From Zancudomyces culisetae HAW-14-8 (lineage: Eukaryota > Fungi > Kickxellomycota), in contig JBNJNM010000013.1 of NCBI GenBank assembly GCA_052426225.1, positions 1,550,001 to 1,614,000 on the forward strand: a stretch of DNA of 64,000 nucleotides, in the 5' to 3' direction. Within the stretch, counting starts at the first letter, position 1; each line of letters starts with the position of its first letter. Of this stretch, positions 27,895 through 38,605 are shown piece after piece. A model generated the notes under the pieces. It did not search any database. It was not told the origin of the DNA and saw only the letters and a list, made by a program, of their open reading frames with translations. The position numbers were made by a program, and so were the translations under genes.

Positions 27895-28460
27895 ATATAA
27901 TTCGCCCGGAGTAAAATTATTGAAACCAAAAAAAACCGAGGGTGAAGTAAATAAACCAAATTATAGCAATAAAACAAATACCAATTCCTGATCTTCCAAG
28001 CAGAGTTAAAATTATTGTCCTTAGACTGGAAAAACAGGAGAAATTACTATCAGAACAACGTGATTAGCTCCTCCATAGATCTAGCACAACCAGAGATATT
28101 GAAAAAGTCATTTTGAACGATGGGATTAGCCCCAGGAGCCATTTGAGCCTCTCAAAGAGGATCTGTCTCATTTAATAAACTAATAGAAACACTTATTACC
28201 CATATGGTTTAACATTAATTTTTTGATTTTGATTCAATTGAATTCTACTATGAAACATAAAGTTTCCCAACTAAATAAATTAGTTTTCTGACAGATCAAT
28301 TGTCTAGATTGAATGTGATCTAGAATCTAAATTTTGTTAAAGGTTGATTTACTCTTTCAGCTTGACCTTTAGATGCTGGGTGGTAGGCCGAAGTCAAATT
28401 GATTTTATCTTAAGATTTCGGTTTAGGATTTCAAGAATGCTGACCTAAATTGTGGGTCAC
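27895..28460 (-). pseudogene. Degraded Ty3/Gypsy integrase fragment (element D)
   Basis: Minus strand reads DPQFRSAF and KINLTSAYHPASKGQAERVNQ (cf. SAYHPQSNGQTERVNQ). It is cut at 28460 by the family C LTR. Confidence 0.75.
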
Positions 28461-28852
28461 TGTCATGATCCATTCATGTCATTATTGCTATTTTTAATAT
28501 GTTATTAAAAATAGCAAATGTTAAATATATTAACGTTTTCTCCGCTTTAATTCTTACTCAATAAATATTAATTATGGAGTAAGAATAATTAATTTTTAAT
28601 AATTTGGTTTTACCCCATATTAATAATTGTTAACTTTGGAGTTGACAGTTAATAATATTTAGTTTTAAGTTATAGTTTAAGTATAGTTTTTATTATGTTT
28701 TACTATTAATTTTGTATATTGTAAAACTATAAAAGGACAAGGATTATATTGCTTTAATAAACTTTAGCAATAAAATACTTTTCATCTCATAGTAAAATAT
28801 TAAATAAATCATAGCCAAGTAAACTAATAGTACTTAGTGTCAAGTCGTGACA
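28461..28852 (+). mobile_element. 5' LTR of Ty3/Gypsy element C
   Basis: TGTCA...TGACA termini, TATAAAA at 28728, followed by a self-priming site (28854-28865) and a gag ATG at 28883. Confidence 0.7.
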
Positions 28853-28938
28853 TTATTTTATTGCTCTTACACTACCTAAGTTATGTCAAATAAATACTGT
28901 GAATTGTTAGCCGAATATCAAAGGCTAAAGAAGAAAAC

Positions 28939-29741
28939 TGTTATAAACAATGAGCTGCTTATAACTGTGGACCGTGGATTAGTTTGCTTGACTATTATTT
29001 TATTAGAGAGAAGTATGTATTTAGAAAAATATCATATTAGATGTGTTAATATATATATATTTTTCTCTTATGTATCACAACGGAATTTCGTTGGGTTTAT
29101 ATAATTTTTCATCAGAGAATTTTACTATGAAGAATAACTTGAAGACAATAAAGTTTAGCTATAAAATTTGTCTATGTAAAATTGAACTAGTTTAAGGTAT
29201 CTACTTATCGTGAAACTTTTGATTTTCATTTGTTGATTTTAACGTAGATTTGGTTTATCAATTTTAACATAGATTTAGTAAATCAATTTTAACAATGATT
29301 TTGTTTATTGATTTTATTATAGTTTTTGTTTATCGATTTTAGCATTGATTTTGTTCATTGATATTAGCATAGTTTTTGATTTGTTGATTTTAACATAGAT
29401 TTTGTTTATCGATTAGTTTTAATATTGTTTACCAATTTTATAATGAATTTGGATTATCCAATTTAATCATGGATTTGGTATATCCATTTTAATCATATAT
29501 TTATTTTTTCCATTTTTATCAAGGATTTTTGTTAAATTTAATTATTGGAAAATTTCTTGATTTTGCTTAGTAAATTTTCCCAATAATAAAATCAGAAAAT
29601 TCATGGTGAATTTTGCAAACATGATTCCAATGTCGGAATGGCATATTAGAAAACCGGAAATGAAATAATAAAATAGGTTAGATTTTTAGTAGGCCAAAAT
29701 GTAACTAAAAATTATGTTCCGGAAATTGGCCATTCCTAACA
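28939..29741 (-). mobile_element. Solo LTR of family A (inverted)
   Basis: Reverse complement of the 30250-31002 LTR; 5-bp TSD AAAAC at 28934-28938 and 29742-29746. Confidence 0.92.
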
Positions 29742-30473
29742 AAAACGAGCGATTGAAATCCCAACAATCTGCTCCACCAGATCCGCCAGCAGAACAATAA
29801 AAGTCCGCACAGACCGCACCAGTACCAATACCAGTTCAGTCAGCCGCTGCCCGCATAGCCTTGACAGAAAGGTATGAGTCATGAACTGATTCTAGAATGT
29901 TCGAAAACGTTCTAGAATCATCTGATTTTATTCCGCAGTAATGTTTAGAATGTTTCCAGACATTCTAGAACATTACCGAAAATTCACTTTATTTATTAAT
30001 TTTTCATACTTAATAATTTTCACATGTTTAATTTTATTAGCATTCGAGTTAGATTTTTGTATGATTACTAATCTAATTTGAATAGTAATCAAACACGTTT
30101 TTCTTTACCTTTCATTTTTAGCTATTCCGCAGTTTTCATCGTGATTTTGTTCAAAAACCAAGGCTGGAAAAATGTATAAAAAGGGTACAATTTTCCTGTC
30201 TTGGATTCAGTATCTAGTATCTTGTATACATTCATACAATATACATTAATGTTAGGAATGGCCAATTCCTGGAACATAATTTTTAGTTACATTTTGGCCT
30301 GCTAAAAATCTAACCTATTTTATTATTTCATTTCCGGTTTTCTAATATGTCATTCCGACATTGGAATCATGTTTGCAAAATTCACCATGAATTTTCTGAT
30401 ATTATTACTGGGAAAATTTACTAAGCAAAATCAAGAAATTTTCCAATAATTAAATTTAACAAAAATCCTTGAA

Positions 30474-30715
30474 AAAATTGGATAAATCAAATCCATGAAA
30501 AAATTGGAAATACCAAATCCATGATAAAATTGATAAATAAAATCAACGCTAAAATTGATAAATAAAATCAATGATAAAATCGATAAACAAAATCAACGCT
30601 AAAATCGATAAACAAAAACTATGATAAAATCAATAAACAAAATCATTGTTAAAATTGATATACTAAATCAATGTTAAAATTGATAAACCATATCTATGTT
30701 AAAATCAACAAATGA
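30474..30715 (+). repeat. About 10 x 25-bp tandem array inside the A LTR (also about 41476-41715, and about 29225-29520 inverted)
   Basis: Unit approximately TAAAATTGATAAAYAAAATCAATGW with internal TTGAT...ATCAA dyad. Confidence 0.85.
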
Positions 30716-31160
30716 AAATTACAAATTTCACGATAAGTAGATACCTTAAACTAGTTCACTTTTACATAGATAAATTTTATAGCTAATATTTATTGACTTT
30801 AAGTTTTTCTTCACAGTAAAATTCTCTGATGAAAAATTATATAAACCCTTCGAAATTCCGTTGGGATACATCAGAGAAAAATATATATTTATCAACACAT
30901 CAAATATAATATTTTTCTAAATACTTACTTCTTCCTAAATAAATATTAATCAAGCATAACAAATCTCTACGCCAAGTTATAAGCAGCTCATTGTTTATAA
31001 CATAATATTTTTCTCTCTCGACTCCAAGGATCCAGGCAAACTTCATCAGTATCAAGCAAGCTTTTCATAGCTGTCCATCTGCCATACACTTATAAAAAGT
31101 GTTACCATAGTTCTCACTATAGCTTTAAGACTTACTGCAAGTATATTCAAGACTCCAAAC

Positions 31161-32153
31161 ATGGAAGACCAAGAGCAAGTGCCAAACCCAAATGAGGTTA
31201 TTCAAACCTTAATGGGTCAGATCTCCAGGCTTTCCGACGAAGTAGACTCCTTACGCCAAACATCCAGTTTTCAAAGAGCATTTATTCCAGAGCCAAAAGT
31301 TCCAACACCAGAAAAGTTTAGTGGTGGAAGAAAAGACAATGTCAAAAACTTTCTCTCCACAGTCCGAACCGTCTTCAAGTTACAGCCAAGCCGTTTCCCA
31401 ACTGATCACGTTAAGGTCCTGTACATCGGGACGCTCCTCACCGACGGGGCACAAACATGGTTTAGAACGTTGCAGGAAGCACGTCATACCATTCTCTTTC
31501 AGTATAAAAACTTTATTAGTTTATTAGAAAGAACTTACGGCGAACCCAATTCTGTATGGGTTGCGCAGAATAAATTAAAAAATCTGCAGCAGGGTCGTTC
31601 CCGCTGTCTTGCCTACACCACACACTTTAAAAGTGTAGCGCTTGAGACAGAGTATAACGAACCCGCGCTCGTCAAGGCCTTCTACGAAGGATTAAATGAC
31701 GAAATCAAAGACGCTCTCTCAACTCTGGATCACGTACCCACTACGTTTGAAGAGTTCACTTCTCTCTGTATCAGAATTGATAACAGAATCTTTCAGAGAA
31801 GAGCAGAAAGGAACAAGGTTAAACCCTGGATTCCTCCCATGCATTATACATCTTCGGAGATTACCAGAATGGATGTAGATGTAATGGGCACCCGTAGACT
31901 AACCGAACCAGAAAGAGATCACAGAAAACATAATAATCTCTGTTTTTATTGTGGTGGTTCAAACCACACTGTCCAGAATTGCCACAGGAAGAAAAAACAC
32001 CAAGAATCTTTTATGAATCCGAACTCCGTAAATCTGAAGAAGACCCGTTCCCCAAGCAGAGACTCAGGGAAATCCATTATTTCCAAGATCAAGAATCAAA
32101 CTATTATTCAAGCAAAAAACCAGAGAACTCCTCAGAAATCAGAGGGTATCTGA
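31161..32153 (+). CDS. Gag of element A (capsid plus CCHC zinc knuckle)
   Basis: PEKFSGG...KVLYIGTLLTDGAQTW; LCFYCGGSNHTVQNC. Confidence 0.9.
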   Translation: MEDQEQVPNPNEVIQTLMGQISRLSDEVDSLRQTSSFQRAFIPEPKVPTPEKFSGGRKDNVKNFLSTVRTVFKLQPSRFPTDHVKVLYIGTLLTDGAQTWFRTLQEARHTILFQYKNFISLLERTYGEPNSVWVAQNKLKNLQQGRSRCLAYTTHFKSVALETEYNEPALVKAFYEGLNDEIKDALSTLDHVPTTFEEFTSLCIRIDNRIFQRRAERNKVKPWIPPMHYTSSEITRMDVDVMGTRRLTEPERDHRKHNNLCFYCGGSNHTVQNCHRKKKHQESFMNPNSVNLKKTRSPSRDSGKSIISKIKNQTIIQAKNQRTPQKSEGI

Positions 32154-33788
32154 AGGATAATCATGAACCCTCACCATCCATGGAGTTTCAAACTCACTAT
32201 CTTAACAATACCAAGTTTTCTAATAATTTTTTAATTAATATCAAGATCAAGTATAAAAATAAAAAGATACATACCAAGGCTCTGGTAGATACCGGAGCAT
32301 CAGGAAATTTTATAAGCAATAGACTTATAAATAATCACAGAATCATGATCCAAACATTGGATACACCCATAGAAATAATTCTAGCAAACAATAAACCTGC
32401 TAGTCATGGATTAATAACTAAAGCCACAGTACCTCTAGAAATCATGATCAACAAACATATTAGCACGACTACATTCAATGTCGTACCGTCTCTCAGTTAC
32501 CCCGTTATCTTAGGATTGCCATGGTTAAAACAACAACAACCAATTATTGATTGGGTAAAGCTGAAGCTAAACTTCAATCTGCCTATATCAACAGCAATAA
32601 ATAATTTAAAACTTAACCAAATTACCTTGTCGGAGAAATCATTTGATCCATATGATGATTCAGATGATGAGGAATCATTTGAAAACCACTCCGAGAAACT
32701 ACCCATGAAATATCAAGACTACTCAGATGTATTTTCAAAGAAGAATGCAGACACTTTACCAGAGCTTAGACCCTATGATTGTGAAATCCCGCTAAAAGAT
32801 CCAAACGCCAAGATACCGTTCAAGCCGTTATACAACTTGTCAGGTCCAGAACTCAAGACTCTAGATGAGTATATCAAAGACAATCTCAAAAAGGGATTTA
32901 TCAGGAGAAGTCATTCCACAGCAGGTGCTCCGATATTTTTCATAAAGAAAAAGGACGGAGGTTTAAGACCTTGTATCGATTACAGGGACTTAAACGAGCT
33001 AACTGTGAAAGATCGGTATCCACTACCACTGATTTCTGAACTATTAGATCATCTCAATGATGCTAGAATATTTACCAAAATAGATCTGAGAGGTGCATAT
33101 AATTTAGTTCGTATGAAGCCAGGTGAAGAGTGGAAAACCGCCTTTCGTTCCCGATATGGACACTTTGAATACCTAGTAATGCCATTCGGATTAACCAATG
33201 CTCCAGCTGTATTTCAAGCAATGGTGAATGACATATTCAGAGATATGCTAGACATATCTGTAATAGTATATCTTGATGATATACTGGTGTTTTCTGAAAA
33301 CCAAGAATCACACAACATGTCATGAACAGATTCTAGAATGTTCGATAACGTTCTAGAATCATCTGATACTATTCCGCAGTAATGTTTAGAATGTTGGGGA
33401 ACATTCTAGAACATTACCGAAAATTCACATTATTTATTAATTTTTCTTACGTAATAATTTTCACATGTTTAATTTTATTAGCATTCGAGTTTGATTTTTG
33501 TTTGATTACTAATCCAATTTGATTAGTAATCAAACACGTTTTACTTTAACTTGCATTTTTAGCTATTCCGCTGTTTTCATAGTGATTTTGTTCAAAAACC
33601 AAGGCTGGAAAAAAGTAAAAAAGGGTACAATATTCCTGTCTTGGATTCAGTATCTAGTATCTTGTATACATTCATACAATAAACTTTAATAATAATAAAT
33701 ATAACTCTCCTGACACCAGATCTTGACACTATACTAGATCAAAATATTATATTTATTATTTTCTGACACCAGCCTAAGTATTTTAATC

Positions 33789-35009
33789 ATGGAACCGTTT
33801 AGCCCAGAACAAGTTGAATTCCTCAACAAAGCCGCCGTGACCCTGCCAGCAGTTGAAGACGCCCTCCAGCAACTACTAATAAGAGTAGAAAAAGCCGAGT
33901 CTGCCATCAAGGAACACCCTGCCACAGTATCCAAGAAAATTTATGACAAGGTCAAAGCAGACACCACCAAGTCCATCCAGACCATTCTTGACTCCATGAA
34001 AAACCTCCAGTCCGATATCCAGAATTCAGACCAGCTGACCCAAAGCGCCATACAGGCCAACCAGTTGGAAATCCAATCCCTTCAGGACCAGCTCAGTACC
34101 CTCAGGAACGAAGTCATACTTTATATAACTGAAAACCGTGCCACCAAAGTTGCTAGTACTTCTGAACCTAGTATCAAAGTAAGACACCCAGACACATTTT
34201 CAGGAAAACCCTCCGCCTGTTCCAACTTCTTTTCACAGCTTGCTCTCGTCTTTGCCGCTTCACCCGATAAATTCAACACAGACTCAAGTAAAGTCTTGTA
34301 TGCCATCTCCTACCTCTCAGGCACACCATTCAGTTACATGGAACCTTACCTCATGAAAGCAAACCTTCCAGAGTCTGACCGTCCTGCCATCCTCTCCAAC
34401 TACAATCTGTTTAAAGAAACTATCACTCGTGCCTTTGGTGATCCCAACCCTATTGAGAATGCTGATAGGGCAATCCGCCAACTCCGCCAAACCACTTCCG
34501 TTGCCGCATATGCCACCGAGTTTAGACGCCTACAGATGTTAATTGACTGGAACCAACCACCACTTATCTCACAGTTTCTATCCGGTCTCAAGTACAACGT
34601 ATCCCAAGAACTCAACCGTAGAGAACCAATAGAAGACATCGATACCCTGATCTCTACAGCCATCCAGATCGACAACCGCCTCTTCAGCCATCCACAACGT
34701 CGTCAACCTCCAGTTAACCCCACTGCAACTATGCCACCCAAACCCACTGCTTACAACCCGTTTGCTTCACCTGTTTCTGCACCATCTACCACTCCACCAG
34801 CTAATAGTGATGGACCGCAACCAATGGATCTCAGTACCGCTTCATCGACTAGAAGACCACCACTTACTTCTGCTCAAAGAGCATACCGTATCGAAAACAA
34901 TCTCTGTCTCTATTGTGGCGGTAATGACCATTTCAACATCAACTGTCCAAAGAAACGCCACAACATCTCCAGCATTACACCAACACAGGAAAACGACACC
35001 GCCCAGTAG
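33789..35009 (+). CDS. Gag of element B
   Basis: PDTFSGKPS...KVLYAISYLSG; PQPMDL; LCLYCGGNDHFNINC. Confidence 0.93.
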   Translation: MEPFSPEQVEFLNKAAVTLPAVEDALQQLLIRVEKAESAIKEHPATVSKKIYDKVKADTTKSIQTILDSMKNLQSDIQNSDQLTQSAIQANQLEIQSLQDQLSTLRNEVILYITENRATKVASTSEPSIKVRHPDTFSGKPSACSNFFSQLALVFAASPDKFNTDSSKVLYAISYLSGTPFSYMEPYLMKANLPESDRPAILSNYNLFKETITRAFGDPNPIENADRAIRQLRQTTSVAAYATEFRRLQMLIDWNQPPLISQFLSGLKYNVSQELNRREPIEDIDTLISTAIQIDNRLFSHPQRRQPPVNPTATMPPKPTAYNPFASPVSAPSTTPPANSDGPQPMDLSTASSTRRPPLTSAQRAYRIENNLCLYCGGNDHFNINCPKKRHNISSITPTQENDTAQ

Positions 35010-35047
35010 ACAGTAAGGGACACCTATTGGGCAACTTAGCCAGTCCC
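34988..35047 (+). promoter_or_regulatory. Predicted -1 ribosomal frameshift signal (slippery site plus H-type pseudoknot)
   Basis: G_GAA_AAC at 34988-34994, 6-nt spacer, stem GCCCAGTAG/CTATTGGGC, loop GGGAC pairing with GTCCC at 35043-35047. pol is in the -1 frame. Confidence 0.75.
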
Positions 35048-38000
35048 CACGCCACTGTAACCACTCCTGTTTCTGACACCCAATCTCCTGATAAACCAAA
35101 CACCTTGACCATCCCTGTAACCATCTTGTCCAAGCACCACCACATCAAAACCTACGCTATGGTTGACTCTGGTGCTTCGTCCTCGTTCATTGACGCCACC
35201 TTTGCACTAAAAAACAATCTACCATCTATATCTAGAAAAATGACAATCACGCTCGCTGACGGATCAAAGCTTAGATCCAACTCTGCCTCCCAAGTAACAC
35301 TAAAAATCAATGATAACCATCTCGAAAGTATCTATCTGCAACAAATAGACCTTGGATCTTCACCAATCATCCTTGGTCTTTTCTGGCTTCAACAACACAA
35401 TCCTGACATCAACTGGACTGAGAACATAGTCCATCTGCCTTGTACCTTGACTTCTTGTGGGCCCAACCATGTCAACCTAGACATCTCTCTTGTGGGCTCA
35501 AACCAGTTTAAAGAACATCTGAAGGCACCAGACACTGTCTATGCTGGTGCAATTACCGTGAACAATCTTGAATCCCTTGTAGCTCCTGAATCTTGTGAAA
35601 ATCTCTGTCTTGTCTCTGAATCTAATCCTAAAACCCCTGTTACTCCTGTAATCCCTGAAAAGTATAAAATGTTTGAATCTGTCTTCTCTGAATCCCAATC
35701 TGCCAAACTGCCTGAACATCGTCCATATGATCATACCATTCCTTTGCTTCCTGACTCAAAGATACCATATGGCCCATTGTACAACCTCTCCCAATTGGAA
35801 CTAAAGACCCTGTACGACTACATTCAGGAAAACCTAGCCAATGGTTTTATCCAACGCTCTGAATCCCCGGCTGGGGCTCCCGTCCTATTTGTAAAAAAGA
35901 AAGATGGTAGTCTCCGGTTGTGCGTCGACTATAGAGCCCTGAATAAGATCACTGTCCCCAACCGTGCAGCCTTGCCACTCATCTCTGAAACCTTGGATCG
36001 GCTTGGCAAAGCCAAGATATTCACCAAGCTGGATATGAAATCCGCATACCACATGATCAGGATCTCGCCTGGTGAAGAATGGAAGACCGCGTTTCGTACA
36101 CGCTACGGCCACTTCGAGTATAAGGTCATGCCGTTTGGCCTTATGAATGCTCCAGCCACGTTCCAGTCCTTTGTTAACGATCTCTTCCGTGAATACATTG
36201 ATCAATTCCTTGTTGTGTACATCGATGATCTGTTAATCTACTCAGATGATATCGATAAGCACTATGACCACGTCTGCCTTGTCTTGAAGAAGCTTCAGGA
36301 ACACAATCTCACCCTCAAGCTAGAGAAATGTGAGTTTGATGTACAATCAGTACAGTTCCTCGGTTTTGTAATTGGCCCCAACGGAATCTCTATGGATCCA
36401 TCTAAAGTATCCAGCGTCACCGAATGGAAGACACCAACTTGTGTCCGTGACGTTCAGGTATTCCTTGGCCTTACAAACTTCTACCGCCGTTTTATTCTGA
36501 ACTACTCCAAGATATCTCTGCCGCTCACCGCCTTGTTGAAAAAAGGTGTCCAATTCCAGTGGACACCCAAAGCTGAAGAAGCTTTCGCCTTGCTAAAAGA
36601 AACCATGATCAGTAACCCAGTCTTAGCTCACTACAATCCTGACCAGCCTTGTATCATCGAAACCGATGCATCAGATTTTGCATTAGGTGCCATTTGCAGC
36701 CAGTATGACAACGAGGGACAACTCCACCCTGTTGCATACTACTCCCGGAAACTCCTGCCTGCTGAAGTGAATTATCAAATCTATGATAAGGAACTGTTAG
36801 CAATTATCGACGCTTTCGCTCACTGGCGTCACTACCTTGAATTTTCTGTACACCCAACCGTTGTTATGACCGACCATAAAAACTTGGAATACTTCTCCAC
36901 TACCAGAAATCTTAGTCGCCGCCAAGTCAGATGGTCAGAATACCTCAGTAACTTCAACTTTGTCATCAAGTACCGCCCTGGAAAACAGAACACTGCCGCC
37001 GATGCTCTTTCTCGGAAAGACCAACCTTGGAAGGGGGGTGACTCCCGTACTGACCAAAACAAAATAACTTTGCTGCCTCCTGAAATCTTCTTGAAGTCCA
37101 TGACTAGTACACCTGTTGAACCTTTGTCATCCACGCTCATGAACAACATCAAGTCACTACAACCCAAAGACACGTACTTTAGACCCATTTACACTGACTT
37201 ATCCAAGAAACCTGATTCCAATGAAAAGTTCGCTCTTGTTGACAATCTTCTGCACTATGATGGACTAATCTGTATCCCCTCAGACGACAACATCAAAAGA
37301 ACAATTCTGATTGAATGCCATGATTCCCCTGCTGCCGGCCACTTTGGAAATGCAAAGACGTACGAACTTGTATCTCGCAACTTTTACTGGCCAACCATGA
37401 GAAAATATATCAAAGACTACATCTCTGGTTGCGATACCTGTCAACGCAACAAATCCTCTCGCCATAAACCATATGGCTACCTCGCTCCACTTCCCGTTCC
37501 TGATTCACCTTGGTCGTCTGTTTCTGTCGACTTCATCACTCAGCTACCTCCATCCAATAACTTTACTGCAATCTGTGTATTTGTGGATCGCCTTACCAAG
37601 ATGGCGCATTTTGTTCCCACAACCAATGAAATTGATGCTGAAGGTACTGCAGATCTGTTTATCCAACATGTCTTCTGCAAACATGGACTCCCTAAAGACA
37701 TCGTATCTGATAGAGGTGTGACCTTCAATTCATCATTCATGCGTACTCTAATGAAATCACTGAATATTGAACAGAAAATGTCCACCGCATTCCATCCTCA
37801 GACAGATGGACAAACTGAACGCGTAAACTCAGTATTGGAACAGTATCTCAGGTGCTACATTGATTACCAACAAACTGATTGGTCAAAGTGGTTACCAATT
37901 GCTGAATTCGCCTACAACAACACATCTCATGCTTCTACTAAAACCACACCTTTCTACGCCAACTATGGCTTCCATCCACGCTTCTCAGTCATAATCCCTC

Positions 38001-38605
38001 GTACTCAAGTTTTAAATCCTGCCTCCTCTGATAGATCCAAACGACTATCTGATATCCACCAAGAACTGAAATTTAACATCTCCCTTGCCCTTGAAGACCA
38101 TGAGAAATACTACAACCGAAAAGTATCATCACAACCTGACTTCAACATTGGTGATCTTGTCTATCTCTCAACTAAAAACATCAGGACTCAAAGACCAAGC
38201 AAGAAGCTTGACTATCGGAAACTTGGTCCATTCAAAGTATTGGAAAAGATTGGACAAAGATCATACAAACTTCAGCTACCACACACAATGAAGATTCACC
38301 CAGTATTCCACGTCAATCTCCTTGAACCTTGTAAACCAGATCTGATCCCAGACAGACCATCAAAACCGCTTCCACCTGTGATCATTGACGGTCAAGAAGA
38401 ATATGAAGTTGAGAAAATCCTAGACAGTAAAATATTTGGTAGAACTGTCAAATACCTGGTACACTGGAAAGGATACCCAGACACTGAACGTACCTGGCAA
38501 ACATATTCTGACTTAGCAAATGCAAAATATCTTGTCACTGAATTCCATCGTCACCATCCTGAAAAACCAAAGCCACCACAAATGCTTCACGGAGCTCAGC
38601 CTTAA
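35027..38605 (+). CDS. Pol of element B (PR-RT-RH-IN-chromodomain), uninterrupted; probably expressed as a Gag-Pol fusion
   Basis: MVDSGAS, YIDD, ETDASD, HHCC (CHD...GH...CDTC), DDE core and chromodomain YEVEKILD...YLVHWKGY. Confidence 0.95.
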   Translation: MGNLASPHATVTTPVSDTQSPDKPNTLTIPVTILSKHHHIKTYAMVDSGASSSFIDATFALKNNLPSISRKMTITLADGSKLRSNSASQVTLKINDNHLESIYLQQIDLGSSPIILGLFWLQQHNPDINWTENIVHLPCTLTSCGPNHVNLDISLVGSNQFKEHLKAPDTVYAGAITVNNLESLVAPESCENLCLVSESNPKTPVTPVIPEKYKMFESVFSESQSAKLPEHRPYDHTIPLLPDSKIPYGPLYNLSQLELKTLYDYIQENLANGFIQRSESPAGAPVLFVKKKDGSLRLCVDYRALNKITVPNRAALPLISETLDRLGKAKIFTKLDMKSAYHMIRISPGEEWKTAFRTRYGHFEYKVMPFGLMNAPATFQSFVNDLFREYIDQFLVVYIDDLLIYSDDIDKHYDHVCLVLKKLQEHNLTLKLEKCEFDVQSVQFLGFVIGPNGISMDPSKVSSVTEWKTPTCVRDVQVFLGLTNFYRRFILNYSKISLPLTALLKKGVQFQWTPKAEEAFALLKETMISNPVLAHYNPDQPCIIETDASDFALGAICSQYDNEGQLHPVAYYSRKLLPAEVNYQIYDKELLAIIDAFAHWRHYLEFSVHPTVVMTDHKNLEYFSTTRNLSRRQVRWSEYLSNFNFVIKYRPGKQNTAADALSRKDQPWKGGDSRTDQNKITLLPPEIFLKSMTSTPVEPLSSTLMNNIKSLQPKDTYFRPIYTDLSKKPDSNEKFALVDNLLHYDGLICIPSDDNIKRTILIECHDSPAAGHFGNAKTYELVSRNFYWPTMRKYIKDYISGCDTCQRNKSSRHKPYGYLAPLPVPDSPWSSVSVDFITQLPPSNNFTAICVFVDRLTKMAHFVPTTNEIDAEGTADLFIQHVFCKHGLPKDIVSDRGVTFNSSFMRTLMKSLNIEQKMSTAFHPQTDGQTERVNSVLEQYLRCYIDYQQTDWSKWLPIAEFAYNNTSHASTKTTPFYANYGFHPRFSVIIPRTQVLNPASSDRSKRLSDIHQELKFNISLALEDHEKYYNRKVSSQPDFNIGDLVYLSTKNIRTQRPSKKLDYRKLGPFKVLEKIGQRSYKLQLPHTMKIHPVFHVNLLEPCKPDLIPDRPSKPLPPVIIDGQEEYEVEKILDSKIFGRTVKYLVHWKGYPDTERTWQTYSDLANAKYLVTEFHRHHPEKPKPPQMLHGAQP

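Noticed and set aside
30474-30715. CRISPR-like appearance of the 25-bp dyad repeats
   Set aside because: Units are directly adjacent with no unique spacers, lie inside an LTR, and the context is eukaryotic with no cas genes.
31985-32000. Programmed frameshift at GAAAAAAC between gag and pol of A
   Set aside because: No clear downstream pseudoknot was seen. A has other lesions, so a homopolymer indel explains it equally well.
34121-38291. Antisense or alternate-frame ORFs within element B and other genes
   Set aside because: Shadow ORFs of real coding sequence with no independent evidence.
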